From an uncultured Pseudomonadota bacterium (lineage in GTDB: Bacteria > Pseudomonadota > Alphaproteobacteria > RF32 > CAG-239): a stretch of 64,000 bases of DNA. The stretch spans positions 101,473-165,472 of the forward strand of contig CASFUZ010000001.1 of the NCBI GenBank assembly GCA_949298065.1, given 5' to 3'. Positions within the stretch are counted from its first letter, which is position 1, and every line of letters begins with the position of its first letter. The position numbers were made by a program, and so were the translations under genes. Positions 49,984-60,346 of the stretch are shown here, piece by piece. The notes beneath the pieces are model-generated. The model saw nothing but the letters and a program-made list of their open reading frames with translations. It was not told where the DNA came from and searched no databases.

Positions 49984-50073
49984 TGGCGGAGAGGCAGAGA
50001 TTCGAACTCTGGGAGGGCTCGCACCCTCGACGGTTTTCAAGACCGCTGCATTAAACCACTCTGCCACCTCTCC
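49984..50073 (-). tRNA. tRNA-Ser(TGA)
   Basis: Reverse complement GGAGAGGTGGCAGAGTGG...GCGGTCT-TGA-AAACCGT...variable arm...AGTTCGAATCT...CTCTCCGCCA. Confidence 0.97.
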
Positions 50074-50233
50074 ATAATCATTAACGGCAATCCGTGTTTG
50101 CATAGCTTTTTTAATCAATTCGTCTTTAAACGTCAAGCATTATTTTTGATTATTGATAATAAAAATCTTCTTTATTGACTTATTGTCAAAAAAGAGCTAT
50201 TTTTTGTCCAAACAACTATTAAAAACATATATT

Positions 50234-50494
50234 ATGGAAAAGAAACATATCATTGAGCTGATAAACAAATATGCTCAATATGTAGAAAAAAATCCATCAG
50301 ACAGATATTATCGCCAAGTATGGATGCTTTGTTGTTCCGCTTTTTTCACCAAAGCAACAATTCCTGCAAAAGTTTTGCTGGAAAACATTGAAAAATTGCA
50401 AAACAATGCAACCATACTAAATCGACGACGAATATTCAGAGATGATTTAATAACGCTAAAAAGCTTTGTTGAAGACATAATTGCCAACAACTAA
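50234..50494 (+). CDS. Small hypothetical protein
   Basis: 86 aa from ATG 50234, followed by a terminator-like hairpin at ~50500-50541. Confidence 0.55.
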   Translation: MEKKHIIELINKYAQYVEKNPSDRYYRQVWMLCCSAFFTKATIPAKVLLENIEKLQNNATILNRRRIFRDDLITLKSFVEDIIANN

Positions 50495-50554
50495 CATCAA
50501 AAAAACAGGCCGTAATTAAAAAATTACCGCCTGTTTTTTTTGTATTTATTTTGT

Positions 50555-50868
50555 GCGTCCCGCTAATTCTGTATTAGTCAGCCACAGAGCCAACCACCTC
50601 TCCTCCTGTGCCAAACCAAAAATCGGGATATGTGCGACGAATAATAAGAATTTAGGGCAAAAACACCGCAGCGTACATAAACGTACGTGAGGATGTTTGC
50701 GTCCCGCTAATTCTGTATTAGTCGGCCACAGAGCCAACCACCTCTCCTCCTGTGCCAAACCGAAAATCGGGATATGTGCGGCGAATAATAAGAATTTAGG
50801 GCAAAAACACCGCAGCGTACATAAGCGTCCCGCTAATTCTGTATTAGTCGCCCACAGAGCCCGATTTT
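50555..50868. repeat. Tandem array of an RPE-1-like palindromic element (periods 144 and 126 bp)
   Basis: GCGTCCCGCTAATTCTGTATTAGTC at 50555, 50699 and 50825; core ACCGCAGCGTACATAAACGTACGTGAGGAT (50665-50694). Confidence 0.85.
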
Positions 50869-50871
50869 CCC

Positions 50872-52683
50872 CTAGCGGCGTTCAAACAACTTCTCAATAT
50901 CTTTCAACTTGAGTTCAACATAAGTCGGGCGGCCATGGTTGCATTGACCGGAATGCTCGGTTTTTTCCATATCGCGCAAGAGGTGGTTCATCTCGTTAAT
51001 ATTAAGTTTGCGCCCTGCCCTGACCGAACCATGACAAGCGATTGTGGCACAAATCGTATGTAGCTTGTCGGTCAAACTAAAACCTTTACCCCATTCTGCC
51101 ATTTCTCCGGCCAAATCCCGAATTAAGGCTTTGATATCACAATCGCCGATTAATGCCGGAACTTCACGAACAATAACTGCCGTAGAACCAAACTCTTCCA
51201 CCACCAAACCGAGCTTTTGCAGTTCTTCCGCGGCTTCAACAATCCGTGTTTTTTCGCTGATACTCAAATCCACAATTTCGGGAATAAGCAAAATCTGCGT
51301 TGCCACCTTGTTTTCAGCCAAAAGCGAAGCTTTCAACTTTTCCATCACAATACGCTCATGCGAGGCGTGTTGGTCAATAATAACAATGCTGTCCTCGGTT
51401 TGAGAGATAATATAGGTATCATGGAATTGAGCTTTTGCTAAGCCGAGCGGTCCGACCTCATCTTCAGTTTCCACCGAAGGACTATCAACCTTAATGGAAA
51501 AGGATTTGCGCTCCAAGTCCGGCAAACAAACCTGCCGCCTTGGCTGTGGTATAGCAGATTGAAAAACCGGATAATTTGCCGAAACAGGCTGGTGCTCGCG
51601 CAGAACTGTTGTCTCATTCTGCCCGAAAGAAGGAATATTATCTTGTACAAATGCCGCCAAATCCAAGTTATTGGCTGTTTTATGGTCGCCCAATGCCAAA
51701 GCCTGACGAATGGAACTTACCAAAAGTCCGCGCACCAAAGCATTATCATAAAAGCGAACTTCAGCCTTTGCCGGATGTACGTTTACATCCACATAAGCCG
51801 GATCAATATCAAAATACAAAGCCGCCATCGGATAGCGATTATGCGCCAACACATCTTGATAAGCGCCTTTTATGGCCCCCAAAAGCAACTTATCCCGCAC
51901 CGGACGATTATTGACAAATAAATATTGATATAATGAATTGGATTTATTCAAGGTCGGCAAAGACACATAGCCCGTAATCCGCAAATTTTCACGCTGCGCG
52001 TTAATCAGGAGCGAATTATCACCAAATTCTCTCCCCATAACATCAGTTAAGCGTTTGAGTCTGGAATCAAACAACTCTCCTTGACAAGCATTAAGAGATA
52101 CTTTTTTCTTGCCATCTTCGGTCAGATAAAAAGAGATTGTCGGATTTGCCAGCGCAATTCTGTTAAGAATTTCAACACATTGCGCCGTTTCCGAAGCAGA
52201 TGACTTTAAGAATTTGAGTCTCGCCGGCGCAGCATAAAACAAGTCTCTTACCTCAATACGCGTTCCGCGCGGATGCGCTACTGGTATGACATCAGATTTT
52301 TCTCCGCCGTTAACCTCAATTTTCCAAGCATTTTCGGAGCCTTCTCGGCGGGAGACGATAGACATCCGCGCCACGGAAGAAATTGAGGGCAACGCCTCTC
52401 CGCGAAACCCGAAAAAATTGATGTTAAATAAGTTATCATCCGGAAGTTTTGATGTTGCATGCCGCTCCACGGCAATCGGCAATTCATCTTTATCTATACC
52501 TTTGCCGTTGTCAGAAACAACAATCAGACTTTTACCGCCATCGGATAAAGTAACTTCAACCGATGTAGCTCCGGCATCAATAGAGTTTTCCACCAACTCC
52601 TTGACAACGGAAGCCGGCCGCTCAATAACCTCACCGGCAGCAATCTGGTTAACCAGATTATTTGGTAAAATTCTGATTGCCAT
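50872..52683 (-). CDS. mutL: DNA mismatch repair protein MutL
   Basis: NQIAAGEVIERP, GFRGEAL, DVNVHPAK, DQHASHER and CNHGRP. Confidence 0.98.
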   Translation of the reverse strand: MAIRILPNNLVNQIAAGEVIERPASVVKELVENSIDAGATSVEVTLSDGGKSLIVVSDNGKGIDKDELPIAVERHATSKLPDDNLFNINFFGFRGEALPSISSVARMSIVSRREGSENAWKIEVNGGEKSDVIPVAHPRGTRIEVRDLFYAAPARLKFLKSSASETAQCVEILNRIALANPTISFYLTEDGKKKVSLNACQGELFDSRLKRLTDVMGREFGDNSLLINAQRENLRITGYVSLPTLNKSNSLYQYLFVNNRPVRDKLLLGAIKGAYQDVLAHNRYPMAALYFDIDPAYVDVNVHPAKAEVRFYDNALVRGLLVSSIRQALALGDHKTANNLDLAAFVQDNIPSFGQNETTVLREHQPVSANYPVFQSAIPQPRRQVCLPDLERKSFSIKVDSPSVETEDEVGPLGLAKAQFHDTYIISQTEDSIVIIDQHASHERIVMEKLKASLLAENKVATQILLIPEIVDLSISEKTRIVEAAEELQKLGLVVEEFGSTAVIVREVPALIGDCDIKALIRDLAGEMAEWGKGFSLTDKLHTICATIACHGSVRAGRKLNINEMNHLLRDMEKTEHSGQCNHGRPTYVELKLKDIEKLFERR

Positions 52684-52695
52684 TTTGTTTGTCTC

Positions 52696-54342
52696 TTACT
52701 TTCGCAAACGCTTAATCAACTCAATCAACGAGCCGGTTGAAGCATCATGTTTGTTTTCGGAAGAGTTATTCTGCAACTCCGGCAAAATACTCAAAGCCAT
52801 CTGCTTACCGAGCTCAACACCATATTGGTCAAAAGAGTTAATATTCCAAACCACACCCTGAACAAAAACCTTATGCTCATACATCGCAATCAGCATACCC
52901 AAGGTATAAGGATCAATCTTCTTAAAGACGATTGTGTTTGACGGTCTGTTCCCCTCAAAACTCTTAAACTTCTTCAGATAATTGATTTCCTCACGAGATT
53001 TTCCGGCTTTTTTAAGCTCTTCTGCCGCTTCTTTAACCGTTTTGCCGCGCATTAAGGCTTCACCTTGAGCCAACACATTTGCAACCAAAATCTCATGATG
53101 TTCACCGATTTCATTATGTGAGATTGCCGGAATAATAAAGTCCATCGGCACAATCTCTGTTCCCTGATGAATTAGCTGATAGAAAGAATGCTGAACATTC
53201 GTTCCCGCACCGCCGAACAAAACCGGTCCTGTGGCATATTTGACATATTCACCGTTAACAGCCACAAACTTACCATTGCTTTCCATATCAAGTTGTTGCA
53301 AATACATCGGCACATATTGCAAATACTGGTCATAAGGAATAACAGAGTAACGATGCACCCCGAAGAAGTTATTATACCAAATACCGAGCATTGCCAAAAT
53401 CACCGGAATATTGTGCTCCAAATCCGTATTATAAAAATGCTGGTCCATCGCATTTGCACCCTCAAGCATCCGCTCAAAGTTTTCAAATCCGACCGCAATG
53501 GCAATAATCAAGCCAATCGCTGACCACATAGAATAGCGCCCGCCGACAAAATCCCAAAATTCAAACATATTCTCAGGGTTAATGCCAAACTTCTCAACTT
53601 CTTGTGTATTGGTAGACAAAGCCACAAAATGTTTGGCAACGGCATGCTCGCCCAAAGCATCAACCAACCACTTGCGGCAAGTTCTGGCGTTCGTCAAAGT
53701 CTCAATGGTCGTAAAGGTCTTGGAAGCCACAATAAACAAAGTGGTTTCCGGGTCAATCTTATTCAACACCTCAGCGCAAGCCGTTCCGTCAATATTAGAG
53801 ATAAAATAACAGTTAATATCTTTAGCCCAATATTTACGCAAAGCCTCACAAGCCATAAAAGGTCCCAAGTCCGAACCGCCGATACCGATATTAACAATAT
53901 TAGTCAGTTTTTTGCCCGTATATCCCTTAAACTCACCAAAACGCACAGCATCGGAAAACTTTTTCATCTTCGCCAAAACATCATTAACTTGCGGCATAAC
54001 ATTTTTGCCATCAACCAAAATCGGCTTATTGGAGCGGTTGCGCAAAGCCACATGAAGTACGGCACGTTTTTCGGTAACATTGATTTTTTCTCCGGCAAAC
54101 ATTGCCTTAATTTTTTCTTCCAAACCGCTTTCCCTGGCCAAGGCCATCAAAAGCTTCATTGTGCGCTCATTAATACGGTTTTTGGAATAATCCAAATACA
54201 TCTGCTCCAAATTGATACTGAACTTTTTAGCTCTGTCTTCATCAAAAGCAAACATATCCTTCATTTCCACCTTGCGAAGGTGCTTATAATGATTCTCCAG
54301 TTTTTTCCATGCTTTTGTTTTATTTACTGTTTTTTCAAACAT
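52696..54342 (-). CDS. pgi: Glucose-6-phosphate isomerase
   Basis: [31 protein letters not shown] and DQYGVELGK. Confidence 0.98.
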   Translation of the reverse strand: MFEKTVNKTKAWKKLENHYKHLRKVEMKDMFAFDEDRAKKFSINLEQMYLDYSKNRINERTMKLLMALARESGLEEKIKAMFAGEKINVTEKRAVLHVALRNRSNKPILVDGKNVMPQVNDVLAKMKKFSDAVRFGEFKGYTGKKLTNIVNIGIGGSDLGPFMACEALRKYWAKDINCYFISNIDGTACAEVLNKIDPETTLFIVASKTFTTIETLTNARTCRKWLVDALGEHAVAKHFVALSTNTQEVEKFGINPENMFEFWDFVGGRYSMWSAIGLIIAIAVGFENFERMLEGANAMDQHFYNTDLEHNIPVILAMLGIWYNNFFGVHRYSVIPYDQYLQYVPMYLQQLDMESNGKFVAVNGEYVKYATGPVLFGGAGTNVQHSFYQLIHQGTEIVPMDFIIPAISHNEIGEHHEILVANVLAQGEALMRGKTVKEAAEELKKAGKSREEINYLKKFKSFEGNRPSNTIVFKKIDPYTLGMLIAMYEHKVFVQGVVWNINSFDQYGVELGKQMALSILPELQNNSSENKHDASTGSLIELIKRLRK

Positions 54343-55763
54343 TACTTAACTCCCTGCTTCTCAAAACTTCCGATATTAACAAACACAATCTGCTCGGGCT
54401 TAAAATATTCTTTCGCCACCCGATTAACATCATCAAACATAACTTGTCTCACATAAGCATTACGCTTCTGCAAAAAATCAAGTCCCAAATTGTCCTTTTG
54501 CATATAAACCAAAATGGAAGAAATCGTATCAATAGAGGCAAAACGCAGATTATATGAGGCAATCAAATAATCTTTGGCTTCATCAAGTTCTTTTTCGCTC
54601 ACCCCATCTTTTGCCATTTTAGCCCATTGTTGTTTCACGATTTCAACCACGCGATTAAAATTCTCCGGCGTTGCCGAAAAACCACCGCGAATCAGAGGCG
54701 CTTTGTCTTGCATACTCAAATAAGTCTCAATTCCATAAGTCAAGCCCTCGTTTTCGCGTGCTGCAACGGATAATCTGGAATTAAGCCCTGCTCCGCCCAA
54801 AATATGGTTGGCAATATATAAAGGATAAAAATCGGGATGTTGGCGTGCAATACCTTTGGTTGCAAAAGAAGATATAATCTGCGCCGAAGGTTGATTAATA
54901 TTTTTAACTCTGCCATCAAAAGCAAGCTCGGCTTCGCGAACAAACACAATCCGCCCATTCTCAGGCAAGTTTGCAAATATTTTATCAACTATTTTGCCTG
55001 CTTCTTCCTCGCTCACATCTCCGGCAATACCAATCATCAGATTGCTCCGACTAATGTGGTTTTGCACAAAATTTTGCAACTGAGCTTTGCTGATATTCTT
55101 AATAACTTTGGCATCACCAATCGGGTTTCTGGCATAAGGATGCTCGCCGAAAATCTCTTTTGCCGCAGCCAAAGCCAAAATCCCTGACGGATGTTCAACT
55201 TGGCGCTTAAGTGCAGTCAGCATCTGCGCCTTAGTACGCTGAACATCTTCCGCATCAAACCTTGGCTTGGTCAGAGCCATATTCAACAACTTAAAAGCCG
55301 TATCCATATTCTCACGTGTGGTCAGCAAACGTCCCGAAAAATCATCCATATCCACACTAAAACCCATACCAATGGCTTTTTGTTCCAAAAGTTCCTTAAA
55401 GGCTTGGCTGTCAAGATTTCCGGCACCCTCGGTCAACAAAGCCGCAACCATCGTGCTTATACCGCTTTCCTCTCCCTCATCGGTAGACAAGCCTGCATTT
55501 TTAAACAAGAAACTGATGCTTATAATCGGGTTGGTTTTGTCCTGAAACAAATAAGCCTTAATCTTCGCCTTAGGAGATGTAATCTCTTTGACCTCAGTAT
55601 CAAAGCTTTTTTCTTTCAATGTCGCATTTTCCAATATCACCCGCGGATTAAAGACAAACCAATGGTTATAGAGCCGCCAACCGCCATAAACCACCAAAGC
55701 GGCCAACAGTAACCACCACAGCCAATCATAAGAATGCGTTTTATGATAATATCTGCGCGCCAT
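54342..55763 (-). CDS. M16 peptidase family protein (non-catalytic subunit)
   Basis: M16 pattern lacking HxxEH; [10 protein letters not shown]; paired with the upstream catalytic subunit. Confidence 0.88.
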   Translation of the reverse strand: MARRYYHKTHSYDWLWWLLLAALVVYGGWRLYNHWFVFNPRVILENATLKEKSFDTEVKEITSPKAKIKAYLFQDKTNPIISISFLFKNAGLSTDEGEESGISTMVAALLTEGAGNLDSQAFKELLEQKAIGMGFSVDMDDFSGRLLTTRENMDTAFKLLNMALTKPRFDAEDVQRTKAQMLTALKRQVEHPSGILALAAAKEIFGEHPYARNPIGDAKVIKNISKAQLQNFVQNHISRSNLMIGIAGDVSEEEAGKIVDKIFANLPENGRIVFVREAELAFDGRVKNINQPSAQIISSFATKGIARQHPDFYPLYIANHILGGAGLNSRLSVAARENEGLTYGIETYLSMQDKAPLIRGGFSATPENFNRVVEIVKQQWAKMAKDGVSEKELDEAKDYLIASYNLRFASIDTISSILVYMQKDNLGLDFLQKRNAYVRQVMFDDVNRVAKEYFKPEQIVFVNIGSFEKQGVK

Positions 55764-57103
55764 CAGTTCGCCTCCTCTGCCGGTTTAACAATTCCCGTAA
55801 CACTAATTGCGCCGCCAAACAACTTTTTAGCTGCTTGCCTAACTTCTGCTGCCGAAACCTTGCGAATATTCTCGGCATGATTTTCAATCTCTTCCACAGA
55901 CATCCCGACCGCGGCCATTGCCCCGACAATATAAGCCGCATCATTGGGATTATCGCGTAAATAAACCTGCCCGGCCAACATCTTTGCCTTGGTTTTCTCA
56001 ATTTCTTCAATCGTAATTTCAGCCACAGCTTGTTTGATAGCCTTGTTCAAAGCAGCTTCAAAATCCTCGGTCTTAATATCTTCTTTAGGTGTTGCCGAGA
56101 TACTAAAACCACCATAGCTCCTGGAAGCATAATCATAAGAAACAGAAACGCCTAAAGCCGATTTTTCTTGCAAAACAAGCTTTTTGTAGAGCTTTGAGGT
56201 TTCACCCTCACCCAAATAAGCCGCCAAAACCATCAAAGGATAAACTTCTGTTTTATCCAAATTAACTGACGGAGCCACATAAAGCTTCACCATCCGCTCA
56301 GCCTTAATTTGCGGCAACTTCATTTCCAAACGCGCATCAAACTGTTTGTCTAGCTTCGGAAAATCTGCTTTCAAGCCAACTTTTCTGGGCTCAATCTCGC
56401 CAAAATACTTTTCTGCCAAACTTTTTGCAACTTGTGGTTCAATATCACCGGACAAAATCAAAATAGCGTTGTTAGGCGCATAATAGCTTTCATAAAAAGC
56501 CATAACATCATCTCGGTTAAGAGACATAATCTCCTCCGGTGTCCCTGAGATTGAACGCGCATACGGATGCTGCTGCCACAAAACGCGCCGCAAAGCTTCA
56601 CCAAAATAAGCTGATGGATTATTTTCTACCACCTGCATTCGCTCCTGAAACACAATGTCTCTCTCTTTTTTGAAAGATTTTTTAGCAAAATCAAGGTTTT
56701 CCATGCGGTCAGCTTCCAAAGCCATCGCCAATTCAAGCCTTCCGACATCCATTGTTTCATAGTAAGAAGTAAAATCCTGTGCCGTAAAAGCGTTGCTGTC
56801 GCCGCCGTTTTGCGCCACAATACTGTTAAAATTGGAATCTTTGACCTTTTTTGTGCCTCTGAACATCAAATGTTCAAGCAAATGAGCCGTGCCACCTTTG
56901 CCTAAGGCCTCATCAACACTACCCACCTTATACCATACCATCTGCCGCACAATCGGCGCTTTATGGTTGGGAATAACAATAACCTGCAAGCCGTTTTTCA
57001 ACTGAAATTCGGTCATATCAAAGATTTTTGCCTCTGCTTTGACACAAAGCAGAAAAACACTCAGCAATCCAACAAAGACAGACTTTTTCTTACTTTTCAG
57101 CAT
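55763..57103 (-). CDS. M16 (pitrilysin) zinc peptidase
   Basis: HLLEHLMFRGT inverted zinc motif, NAFT and YYAPNNA. Confidence 0.93.
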   Translation of the reverse strand: MLKSKKKSVFVGLLSVFLLCVKAEAKIFDMTEFQLKNGLQVIVIPNHKAPIVRQMVWYKVGSVDEALGKGGTAHLLEHLMFRGTKKVKDSNFNSIVAQNGGDSNAFTAQDFTSYYETMDVGRLELAMALEADRMENLDFAKKSFKKERDIVFQERMQVVENNPSAYFGEALRRVLWQQHPYARSISGTPEEIMSLNRDDVMAFYESYYAPNNAILILSGDIEPQVAKSLAEKYFGEIEPRKVGLKADFPKLDKQFDARLEMKLPQIKAERMVKLYVAPSVNLDKTEVYPLMVLAAYLGEGETSKLYKKLVLQEKSALGVSVSYDYASRSYGGFSISATPKEDIKTEDFEAALNKAIKQAVAEITIEEIEKTKAKMLAGQVYLRDNPNDAAYIVGAMAAVGMSVEEIENHAENIRKVSAAEVRQAAKKLFGGAISVTGIVKPAEEAN

Positions 57104-57416
57104 TCAGTTCCCTAAAATCTTGTTCAAGTTTATCTTTAATATTTGCATCGGTTTGCGTTGCATCAATCTTAGCCATCAGTTTCCGCTCAGACAAATCCAT
57201 GCCTGCCATCCTCTCTTCCATATCAATCTGTTGCATACCGCTCATATCATTAACCGGACGCAAATCATATTCCGGCGGCAAAGACAAAGGTGCTCTGGAC
57301 ATAACCATAAATTCATCCGGCGCTTGGTTAGCCAAGCCAAGCTTTCTCTTAGTTTCCGTACTGCAAGCACTCAAAACAAAAGCCACAGCCAACACAACAA
57401 AAACAGACTTTCTCAT
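57090..57416 (-). CDS. DUF3035 lipoprotein
   Basis: Lipobox LSAC, PDEFMVMSRAPLSLPPEYDLRP; conserved position after lspA. Confidence 0.88.
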   Translation of the reverse strand: MRKSVFVVLAVAFVLSACSTETKRKLGLANQAPDEFMVMSRAPLSLPPEYDLRPVNDMSGMQQIDMEERMAGMDLSERKLMAKIDATQTDANIKDKLEQDFRELNAEK

Positions 57417-57439
57417 ATTTTCCCCTTTTCAAACCTTAC

Positions 57440-57907
57440 CTAAATAACAGACTTTTCTTTGTTAAACAAACTATGAACAATAATGATAATTGCACCGATA
57501 CAAATAAAACTATCCGCCACATTAAATGCCGGCCAGTGCGCATCGGCAATATGAAAGTCCAAGAAGTCAAAAACGGCACCGAGGCGAATACGGTCAATCA
57601 AATTTCCGATAGCGCCACCGATAATAAAACCAAGAGCAGCTTGCACCAAACGGCTCGGCTCTTTTTTAAGCCACATAACCAAAAAACCGATAATGCTCAA
57701 AGCCAAAACGGAAAGCAAAAAAGCACCCCATGCCCCCATATCATTAAACATAGAGAAGCTCACCCCGGTGTTCCAGGCCTTAACCAGATTAAACCATGAT
57801 GTATAAATAATCATAGCTCTGTCTTCAAGAACTTCATTAAGAATATAATACTTAGAAATCTGGTCGGCAACCAACACCAAAGCGGCCAAGCATAAACCAA
57901 AAAACAC
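57440..57907 (-). CDS. lspA: Lipoprotein signal peptidase
   Basis: DQISK, NTGVSFS, GAIGNLIDR, VFDFL and FNVAD. Confidence 0.96.
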   Translation of the reverse strand: MFFGLCLAALVLVADQISKYYILNEVLEDRAMIIYTSWFNLVKAWNTGVSFSMFNDMGAWGAFLLSVLALSIIGFLVMWLKKEPSRLVQAALGFIIGGAIGNLIDRIRLGAVFDFLDFHIADAHWPAFNVADSFICIGAIIIIVHSLFNKEKSVI

Positions 57908-57998
57908 GCCGTTACTCCCCGTAGGTTAAAAAAAACAAACTCCATTATAAGCAAAAATTCGGAGATAGAAAGCTTTTAATCGGAAATATGCAGATATT

Positions 57999-59432
57999 TT
58001 AGAACAAAATCAGCTTAGCCAAGCCTAAAAAGATGAAATAACCGCCGGAATCGGTCATTGCAATCAAAAATACGCCGGAAGCTATGGCCGGATCAACTTT
58101 AAGTTTGTGCAACGTCAGCGGAATAAGAATACCGGCCAAACTCGCCAAGGAAAGATTACATAACATAGCAATGGCAATAATCAAACTTAACTCATGCTGT
58201 GTCGGGAACATAATCCACGTTATTATACCAATCAAACAAGCAAACAAAAGCCCGTTTACCACACCAACCATAAACTCTTTACCGATAGTTCTTAGGGTGT
58301 TGCTTGCTGTCAATTCTTTGGTCGCCAAAGCGCGCACAGCCACAGCAAGGGTTTGATTCCCCGTTGTTCCGCCCATAGAGGCCACAATCGGCATCAACAC
58401 CGCCAAGACAGAAATCTCGGCAATAATATCTTGGAAGCCCTTAACCACGGTTGAAGCCAAAATTGTCGCAAACAAATTTGTAATCAGCCAAATGGAACGA
58501 GATTTGAAGATTCCGAAAACTGACTTATAAACATCGCCTTCTTCCGCACCGGACAAATGCATAATATCTTCGCCGGCTTCTTCGTGTACAATGTTGACCA
58601 CATCATCAATATTAATCACACCGATAAGCCGCCCCTTGTTATCCACCACGGAAGCCGCCATCCAACCATATTCGCGGAACATATGCGCTACTTCTTCCTG
58701 GTCGGTATAAACATCAACCGGAACAATCTCGCAATCCATTATGTTGCAAAGCTTTTCATCACCTTTGGCCCGCAAAAGCTTATCAAGCGTAATTTCGCCT
58801 GTGGGATGCAAAGTCAGCGAGTCTGTTAAGAAAATCGTATAAAATTCATCAGGAAGCTCTGTATCAGAGAGTAAATATTGGCGCGCTTCTTTCACCGTCC
58901 AATGATCCGGCATACTCACAAAGTTGCGCACCATAATACGACCGGCAGAATCTTCGGGATAATTAAGAGAAGATTCAACCTGATATTTTAATTCAGGGTC
59001 CAATTGGTTGATGATGGATTTTTGCTCATCATCATCCATATGCTCCAAAATTTCAACCGCATCATCAGAGTCCAACTCATTAACGATATTAACCAATTGG
59101 TCTTCGTCTAAAGTCTCAATAACTTGTTCCTGAACAACATCATTAAGTTCGGGGAAAACTTCCGGATCAATATGGTCGCCCAAAATCTCAACCAATTGCC
59201 GCCGGTGGTTAATATCCAAGACCTCAATCAAACGCGCCAAATCATATTCATCAAGACCTTCCACAATCTTGCGAATATGGATTTTGTCGTCCTCATCCAA
59301 AGCCATAATAACGGAATTAATCATTTTCTGACCAATACCATATTGGACCTGTTGCAATTGTTTTTTACGGGTAAATTTTCTTTGTTTTTTTACTTTAGAG
59401 CCGGGCAGCCGCTTTTTCGCATTTTTCTTCAT
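57999..59432 (-). CDS. mgtE: Magnesium transporter MgtE
   Basis: DDAVEIL, YPEDSAGRIM, CBS pair, ASMGGTTGNQT, DPAIASG and TD motifs. Confidence 0.95.
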   Translation of the reverse strand: MKKNAKKRLPGSKVKKQRKFTRKKQLQQVQYGIGQKMINSVIMALDEDDKIHIRKIVEGLDEYDLARLIEVLDINHRRQLVEILGDHIDPEVFPELNDVVQEQVIETLDEDQLVNIVNELDSDDAVEILEHMDDDEQKSIINQLDPELKYQVESSLNYPEDSAGRIMVRNFVSMPDHWTVKEARQYLLSDTELPDEFYTIFLTDSLTLHPTGEITLDKLLRAKGDEKLCNIMDCEIVPVDVYTDQEEVAHMFREYGWMAASVVDNKGRLIGVINIDDVVNIVHEEAGEDIMHLSGAEEGDVYKSVFGIFKSRSIWLITNLFATILASTVVKGFQDIIAEISVLAVLMPIVASMGGTTGNQTLAVAVRALATKELTASNTLRTIGKEFMVGVVNGLLFACLIGIITWIMFPTQHELSLIIAIAMLCNLSLASLAGILIPLTLHKLKVDPAIASGVFLIAMTDSGGYFIFLGLAKLILF

Positions 59433-59564
59433 TTTTCCTCCCCGACTTTCAAGGCTAACGCCTAAAAACTAAACATAAGTTCTTTTTTCTGATATGCCGA
59501 TGGCAAAATCCTTAACGCAAAAAAACAAAATTCTTTGATTGATTATTGATGATTGCCTTAAATT

Positions 59565-59650
59565 TGGTGCGGCCGAGAAGACTCGAACTTCCATGAGCTT
59601 AGCTCATAACGACCTCAACGTTACGCGTCTACCAATTTCGCCACGGCCGC
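59565..59650 (-). tRNA. tRNA-Leu(GAG)
   Basis: Reverse complement GCGGCCGTGGCGAAATTGGTAGACGCG-TAACGTT-GAG-GTCGTTA...AGTTCGAGTCT...CGGCCGCACCA. Confidence 0.96.
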
Positions 59651-59747
59651 ATCTCAAATAAGACAAGCACAGATTTATTCCGATTTATAAAAATAATCAA
59701 GCATTTTTTGCAAATATGTTGAAAAATTTTTTTCATCAGAGACACAA

Positions 59748-59847
59748 GGCACGAAAGCAAGATATGCACAAAGGAAACATCGCGGTTCAACAAAGGTTCG
59801 TGCCGCAGCCAGTGAGCGCTCAAGTGCGTCCACTTGTCAAGCTGGCT
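59748..59847. repeat. Direct repeat copy 1 flanking the HTH cassette
   Basis: 59761-59814 matches 60411-60464 at 49/54; shared GTCAAGCTGGCT end. Confidence 0.85.
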
Positions 59848-59848
59848 C

Positions 59849-60139
59849 TTACTCATCGTTCTGTAAAGACTCTTTCTGATTTATAGCATTTGCGCTTTTT
59901 TCCATTTCAAAGCTAAACACTTTGCCATAGAAATTCATCAGAATTAAAAAATCGCTCCATTGTACATTGCCTTTGCCCAACTCTATGCGGTCAATGATTG
60001 TAGGGGTGAGCCCCGTTCTGCGGGAAACACTTTGTAAAGTTACATTCTTATGATAGCGACACCTAAAAAGTACAAAGCCCAATTGTCGGCGTAGCTTGCG
60101 TTTGCGGTTTATATTTTGTAGGTTAAAATCAAAATTCAT
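59849..60139 (-). CDS. XRE-family helix-turn-helix protein
   Basis: TLQSVSRRTGLTPTIIDRIELGK HTH; AGGAG RBS 9 nt before ATG 60139. Confidence 0.8.
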   Translation of the reverse strand: MNFDFNLQNINRKRKLRRQLGFVLFRCRYHKNVTLQSVSRRTGLTPTIIDRIELGKGNVQWSDFLILMNFYGKVFSFEMEKSANAINQKESLQNDE

Positions 60140-60164
60140 ACTGTTCAACTCCTATTGTTTTATG

Positions 60165-60342
60165 TAAAACAAAACCGCTCTCAAAAGAGAGCGGAGGAGT
60201 TGGAAACTGTACGAGAACAGTGTGCTTATTCGTCCGTTAAAAACGGCTTATATCGCACCATCCTCCATTTAGGAGGTTATTATTGGTTTCTCGTAGGGAG
60301 TTTCCACACTCCGTCATCAGCCTAACCATTGCTGATGACGGA
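60165..60342 (-). ncRNA. C4-antisense-like structured leader / attenuator
   Basis: 5' hairpin, GGAGTGTGGAAACTCC loop, complementary AGTTTCCAACTCC downstream, terminator hairpin with U tract before the RBS. Confidence 0.6.
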
Positions 60343-60346
60343 TGTG

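Larger units (their letters stand above)
42417..50001. mobile_element. ~7.6-kb integrative element in tRNA-Ser(TGA)
   Basis: 21-bp direct repeat of the tRNA 3' end, adjacent tyrosine integrase, markedly AT-rich interior, TGTARYAC pairs at both ends. Confidence 0.93.

Noticed and set aside
42417-50001. Prophage, PICI, retron or ICE
   Set aside because: No recognisable capsid, terminase, primase, AlpA, reverse transcriptase, relaxase or T4SS genes.
49879-50178. 99-aa ORF on the + strand
   Set aside because: Antisense to tRNA-Ser(TGA) and the att site, so spurious.
50555-50868. CRISPR array
   Set aside because: The sequences between the repeated blocks are near-identical rather than unique spacers, units are 126-144 bp, and there are no cas genes in the window.
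50546-50912. ORFs 50546-50758 (-) and 50697-50912 (+)
   Set aside because: They are translations of the palindromic repeat, with no independent evidence of coding.
53602-54456. Long antisense ORFs (this one, 19738-20502, 23977-24678 and others)
   Set aside because: They lie opposite well-conserved genes (pgi, gatAB, fabI) and show no motifs, so they are shadow ORFs.
59565-59650. tRNA-Leu as an integration site for the HTH cassette
   Set aside because: The cassette lies 5' of the tRNA, and I see no duplicated tRNA end or integrase.
59761-59814. c-di-GMP-I riboswitch (GCACAAAGGAAAC resemblance)
   Set aside because: Lacks the GNRA-capped stem and GACGCAAA motif, and is not upstream of a + strand gene.
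60332-60338. Second CTGATGA hammerhead-like core
   Set aside because: Fully paired in a perfect hairpin, with no other hammerhead elements.
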